Positions 16,608-20,000 of a DNA stretch of 20,000 nt are shown piece after piece. The translations under genes were made by a program, and so were the position numbers. Numbering within the stretch: position 1 is the stretch's first letter; each line of letters starts with the position of its first letter. Below the pieces are notes generated by a model that worked only from the letters and a program-made list of their open reading frames with translations, had not been told where the DNA came from and made no database searches. Origin of the DNA: an uncultured virus (IMG/VR IMGVR_UViG_3300034279_000149) (lineage: Duplodnaviria > Heunggongvirae > Uroviricota > Caudoviricetes); IMG/VR virus record IMGVR_UViG_3300034279_000149. The stretch is one strand, 5' to 3'.

Positions 16608-19398
16608 CTAAGAACCCTTCACAATTAACCCACAGTACATCTGCGCTAGGCAAACTCATGCGAGTACCCTTACCCATACGCTTCTTATCAATCTTGGCTT
16701 TAGTTCTGCCACGTCTCAAAGAGTCAATAAACCCCTCGTAGTTGATTTGTTGTTTGATGCACCATTCTTTTAGGGGCTTCATGTACAGGAACAGCATCTT
16801 CAAGTCATACTCGTACCGTGCTATCAACGATACACGTGGGGTCGCATCGGGAATAACCAAGTGATCTAGGTCATTTTTACCTACTGTACGGGCATCCTCG
16901 GTGCTCTTAATACGGAGCACGTTGTTGTAATTCTCAGCAAGGTAGTTAGTCAGGGTAGTTTCGGCATCAACATCCATGGACTTGACCTGCTCTTGCAGTA
17001 AACCTACTACGTGCTTGAGCCATCTAACCGTGTTGCCAATGTCGTAATCAATCAAGCCAACCTTCTTAGCCACCATCAAACCCATAATCCCGTCTGCTAC
17101 CAATACGGAGTGGAATCGGTCCGCAGGTGTAAAGCCACATGCCTTATCAAGTTTCTGCTGTGTTGTCTTATACAGAGCCTTCATACCTGGGATGTCATTC
17201 ATCACATACTGCAGGAACGGCAGAGCCGCATGCCCGTAGTTGTTCAGAATCTTCTCGCTGAGTTCGTCGGTTTCGACCTTATCAAGGCCTGGAACAGGCT
17301 TAGCCCTTACTTCGAGGATACGCATCGCCTCTCCTTTTGGAAGCGCTTTATACGTACCAATCTTCTCCATAACACTTGTGTTGCCTGTACTTACTCCAGT
17401 CTGTTTCCAAGGCTCTTCGCCACGGGTGCGTTCTTGATTCGACGACCCACTCATACGGTTTCTTTGCGAGCCTGACGTGTATTGGTACACGAAGTCGCTT
17501 AGTTCTTTAGCCGTAGAGTTTGTAACCTCGTCCATTGGTAGGAAGATGTTGTTGTATAACTCGGCACGGTTCATCTTGGACGCCGCAGTATCAGCTTCTT
17601 TTAAGACTATCTTGGTTGGATTACCCCAAACACTAGCCCCTGCATACAGCGCAGTGGTCTTACCAATACCCGAATCAGGACTAAAGACGTGCAGTAATGC
17701 ACCGTTAACCGAGCCAAACTTACTAAATATCGAGCCGAAAGCTAAACCCAGCACGAACTGATGCACTTCCATTCCTGGCTTATTGTAGAAAGCCATGGCT
17801 TCTTTCCATTTATCCAACGTGCCTTTGTGTTCAAAAGCCGAGAATAGCTGGGCAGTAGCCGCAGATGGGGGGTTGTGATCTACACGGTCTGCACGAATCT
17901 CTTTGTCGCCAAGAATAAAGGCTTCGCACTTATCGTCAGTCCAGCCGAATTGTCTACGAGCAGTGTCCGCTTTAGAACTATATTGCATGTGGTTTACCCA
18001 AGTTGTTACGTACGACATAATCTCGTCTGTCTTTACTACCGCTACGCCATGCGATGACATGTATTTGCGTATTTCGTCTTTAGATGTAACCGCAGATAGC
18101 GGTATTGTGAATTCTTTAACACCGTCTTTTGGTAGGTGTAATCGAACGACTACGGCTTCTCCGACATCGGAGTCCAATAAACGACGTGTTACATACAGGT
18201 CGTTGTGGTAAATCATTACTTCTACGTTGTCTTCTTCCTTGATGATGCGTTTAAATATGCCACCATTCTTGCCGCGGAAGTACGGCTCAGGGTATTTCGG
18301 TATAACGTATGTCTGTGTGTGCCCTTGGTCTACGTCCGCTGGGCTATCTTCTACTATGTTGTCTTCGTCAGTTGCTTCCTGTACTTCCCGACCCAGCACG
18401 ATAGGTGACTTCAGCACCCCTTTATTAGGGCATCCGTCGCACCCGCCTGGGTTAAATTCTTCAAACTTTGCACAGGTATATGGTCCGCCTTTGATGTTAC
18501 GTACCTTGCGATCAGCAAATTCAGGGCTGTATTCGGGGTGTCCCGAGGATAACTTTTCAATCGCTTTTTCTGCATCAATACAAAATTTGGCGATAGATAA
18601 GCCTGCTCTCCACATCGGTTCCGACATGGTTGCTTGGTTCTCATAAATATACTTTAACTGCTGGCATCCGTCACCGTCTTTGGTGCGCATCATGATAGTT
18701 CTAAACCGATTTGTGTAATTACCTAGGATCGCCTTGGTAACTTCGTCCATCTCTCCTCGTGGGATATAGGATGGTCTGACTAATATAGGTTCCCCTATAA
18801 CATCTTTTAGTGTGTCTATCTCGTATGAGCTACATGAGCTACCGATTAACGTAACGTCTCGGGCTTCATCAAGTTTAAAGTTCAGAGTTCCTGGAACTCG
18901 TAGGATTCGTACCGAGTCTGCTGTAACTACGGGGTCAGCAAACAGGTCATTATCGTCACACATCTTCTTTAGCTTCTCAGCCAAAGGCAACCACTCTGCC
19001 CGTGATACGGGTTCGGCTAAAGGCCAATAGGCATGCACACCCCCACCAGAGTTAACTAGTGCTGGTCTTGGCATCTTGGTCTCTTTACAGAACGCTTTTA
19101 ACCCAGCAATAGCTTCTACTTGTGTTGGGTATGGCTTACCTGGGCCACAATCAAGATCGACGAACAACGACCTAAGTTGTTTAACGTTTGCAGTTTTACG
19201 TGACTTTCCATCCTCGAACGTAGCCAATGCGTAATACGCATCATAGCCCTCGTTCTTCAGGTTCTCAGCAACTTTGACCGCATCTTCGAGCCGCTGGAAA
19301 AACTTTTGGACAGGCTTGTCCGAGTCTTTCTTTAACCCAACTATGCAGTAGTATCCATCGTCTCCGAGGACTTGCTGTAAAAATTCTAAATTGTTCAT
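16522..19398 (-). CDS. Primase-helicase: AEP/RepB-like primase, Cys cluster, and DUF927-type helicase
   Basis: Primase motifs LFVDLD, SGGGVHAYW and RILRVPGTLN. Cys pattern GCQQ...YTC-x10-CDGC. Helicase region QFGW, Walker A SGIGKTT and Walker B LPMDE. ATG at 19398 with AAAGG upstream is preferred over GTG at 19404. Confidence 0.85.
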   Translation of the reverse strand: MNNLEFLQQVLGDDGYYCIVGLKKDSDKPVQKFFQRLEDAVKVAENLKNEGYDAYYALATFEDGKSRKTANVKQLRSLFVDLDCGPGKPYPTQVEAIAGLKAFCKETKMPRPALVNSGGGVHAYWPLAEPVSRAEWLPLAEKLKKMCDDNDLFADPVVTADSVRILRVPGTLNFKLDEARDVTLIGSSCSSYEIDTLKDVIGEPILVRPSYIPRGEMDEVTKAILGNYTNRFRTIMMRTKDGDGCQQLKYIYENQATMSEPMWRAGLSIAKFCIDAEKAIEKLSSGHPEYSPEFADRKVRNIKGGPYTCAKFEEFNPGGCDGCPNKGVLKSPIVLGREVQEATDEDNIVEDSPADVDQGHTQTYVIPKYPEPYFRGKNGGIFKRIIKEEDNVEVMIYHNDLYVTRRLLDSDVGEAVVVRLHLPKDGVKEFTIPLSAVTSKDEIRKYMSSHGVAVVKTDEIMSYVTTWVNHMQYSSKADTARRQFGWTDDKCEAFILGDKEIRADRVDHNPPSAATAQLFSAFEHKGTLDKWKEAMAFYNKPGMEVHQFVLGLAFGSIFSKFGSVNGALLHVFSPDSGIGKTTALYAGASVWGNPTKIVLKEADTAASKMNRAELYNNIFLPMDEVTNSTAKELSDFVYQYTSGSQRNRMSGSSNQERTRGEEPWKQTGVSTGNTSVMEKIGTYKALPKGEAMRILEVRAKPVPGLDKVETDELSEKILNNYGHAALPFLQYVMNDIPGMKALYKTTQQKLDKACGFTPADRFHSVLVADGIMGLMVAKKVGLIDYDIGNTVRWLKHVVGLLQEQVKSMDVDAETTLTNYLAENYNNVLRIKSTEDARTVGKNDLDHLVIPDATPRVSLIARYEYDLKMLFLYMKPLKEWCIKQQINYEGFIDSLRRGRTKAKIDKKRMGKGTRMSLPSADVLWVNCEGFLDDDREEEIAAAAQHKATLEGDEGGASLS

Positions 19399-19505
19399 AG
19401 CCACCTTTGAAGGTGGGGGTACAAGCTGACTGCCTTTGCATTTCAGCTAACTGGTCAATCACGGCATTGCTATCAGGACCTAGCCGCTTGCTTTCCCCCC
19501 AAAAC
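19399..19505 (-). promoter_or_regulatory. Structured intergenic leader upstream of the primase-helicase (possible cis-regulatory RNA)
   Basis: On the - strand: GGGGG...CCCCC long-range stem, AGCTGA-aa-TGC-aaag-GCA-g-TCAGCT hairpin, and CCACCT-tcaa-AGGTGG hairpin over the SD. Confidence 0.45.
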
Positions 19506-19512
19506 CGTTTAT

Positions 19513-20000
19513 TTAAGCATCATCCCATTCGCCAACTAGGTCTTCTAGTTTAGGCTCTGCCGCAACTGCGGCTTTCTTAGGAGGGGCTTTCTTCGGTTCT
19601 TCAATGGCTTCTACTTCTTCAGCTACAACTTTTTCAGCTTTCGGTGCGGCTAATGCGTTCTTAACGGCTGGCTTATCCTTCACACCATCCGTCTGTGCAA
19701 CAGTCATTGTGATCGCATTGATCGCTTCTTGTGAATCCTTGAGGTTCTGAATCTCGTTGAATTCTTCTTCCGTCACAGGGCGCACAGGTTTAAAGATCAA
19801 CTTAGGTGTTGGGCTTGCTGTGTCAAAACGCATCTCAGTAACTACACCAGTAATCGGTGTGCCGTGATTCTTGAGGTGACGAGCATAGGCTTGCAGAGGT
19901 AACTTACCCTTCTCACCATCACCGAATACAGATGTTGGTGGCAATACTAGCTGATACACTTCGCCTTTATCAATCTCACCGTCAATTACAACTGCCAAAC
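19513..20000 (-). CDS. SSB-like replication protein, 5'-truncated by the window
   Basis: The frame is open to the window edge. Beta-rich core (VVTEMRFDTASPTPKLIFKP), a Lys/Ala/Pro/Glu linker and an acidic aromatic tail (LEDLVGEWDDA). Lies upstream of the primase-helicase. Confidence 0.55.
   Translation of the reverse strand, partial: LAVVIDGEIDKGEVYQLVLPPTSVFGDGEKGKLPLQAYARHLKNHGTPITGVVTEMRFDTASPTPKLIFKPVRPVTEEEFNEIQNLKDSQEAINAITMTVAQTDGVKDKPAVKNALAAPKAEKVVAEEVEAIEEPKKAPPKKAAVAAEPKLEDLVGEWDDA

Noticed and set aside
16393..19030. Plus-strand ORFs opposite the primase-helicase gene
   Set aside because: They are antisense shadows rich in Ser/Cys/His with no recognisable domains.
19265..19462. 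65-aa minus-strand ORF overlapping the primase start
   Set aside because: It has a non-ATG start, no clear SD and an unprotein-like sequence. The region is better explained by RNA structure, although a leader ORF cannot be fully excluded.
19455..19490. Hammerhead-like CTGA motif in the primase leader
   Set aside because: The sequence is CTGATAG, not CUGANGA, and the three-stem core with GAAA cannot be built.
1..20000. tRNA, rRNA, integrase, IS elements and stop-codon reassignment
   Set aside because: None were seen. Genes are intact under the standard code, with TAA, TAG and TGA all used as stops.

Overview
This window is part of a tailed dsDNA phage genome, most likely podovirus-like, with two convergent arms. 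The + strand (1-16251) is a tightly coupled late operon. It carries a truncated structural ORF, a tail fibre with a collar domain and His-x-His motifs, a 4-Cys protein, three membrane proteins and an M15A peptidase endolysin (lysis cassette). It continues with a tail hub/nozzle-like protein, a C1q-like protein and a DNA-ejection module (486 aa, GNAT-like 137 aa, 796 aa, and a 1890 aa protein with an HExxH motif) whose order resembles P22 genes 10-26-14-7-20-16. The - strand (16335-20000) carries an acidic-tailed SSB-like gene, a primase-helicase and a small hypothetical gene. The most notable signals are: (i) a 61-aa ORF with its own Shine-Dalgarno nested in the +1 frame of the 1890-aa gene; (ii) a repeated, usually paired hydrophobic-x-x-G-G motif in two putative ejection proteins, next to a GNAT-like gene and a zincin motif, suggesting a processing/acylation system; (iii) a structured leader that may sequester the primase RBS; (iv) an A_AAA_AAC slippery site at the fibre stop codon. 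All functional calls come from motif recognition and gene order; no searches were run.
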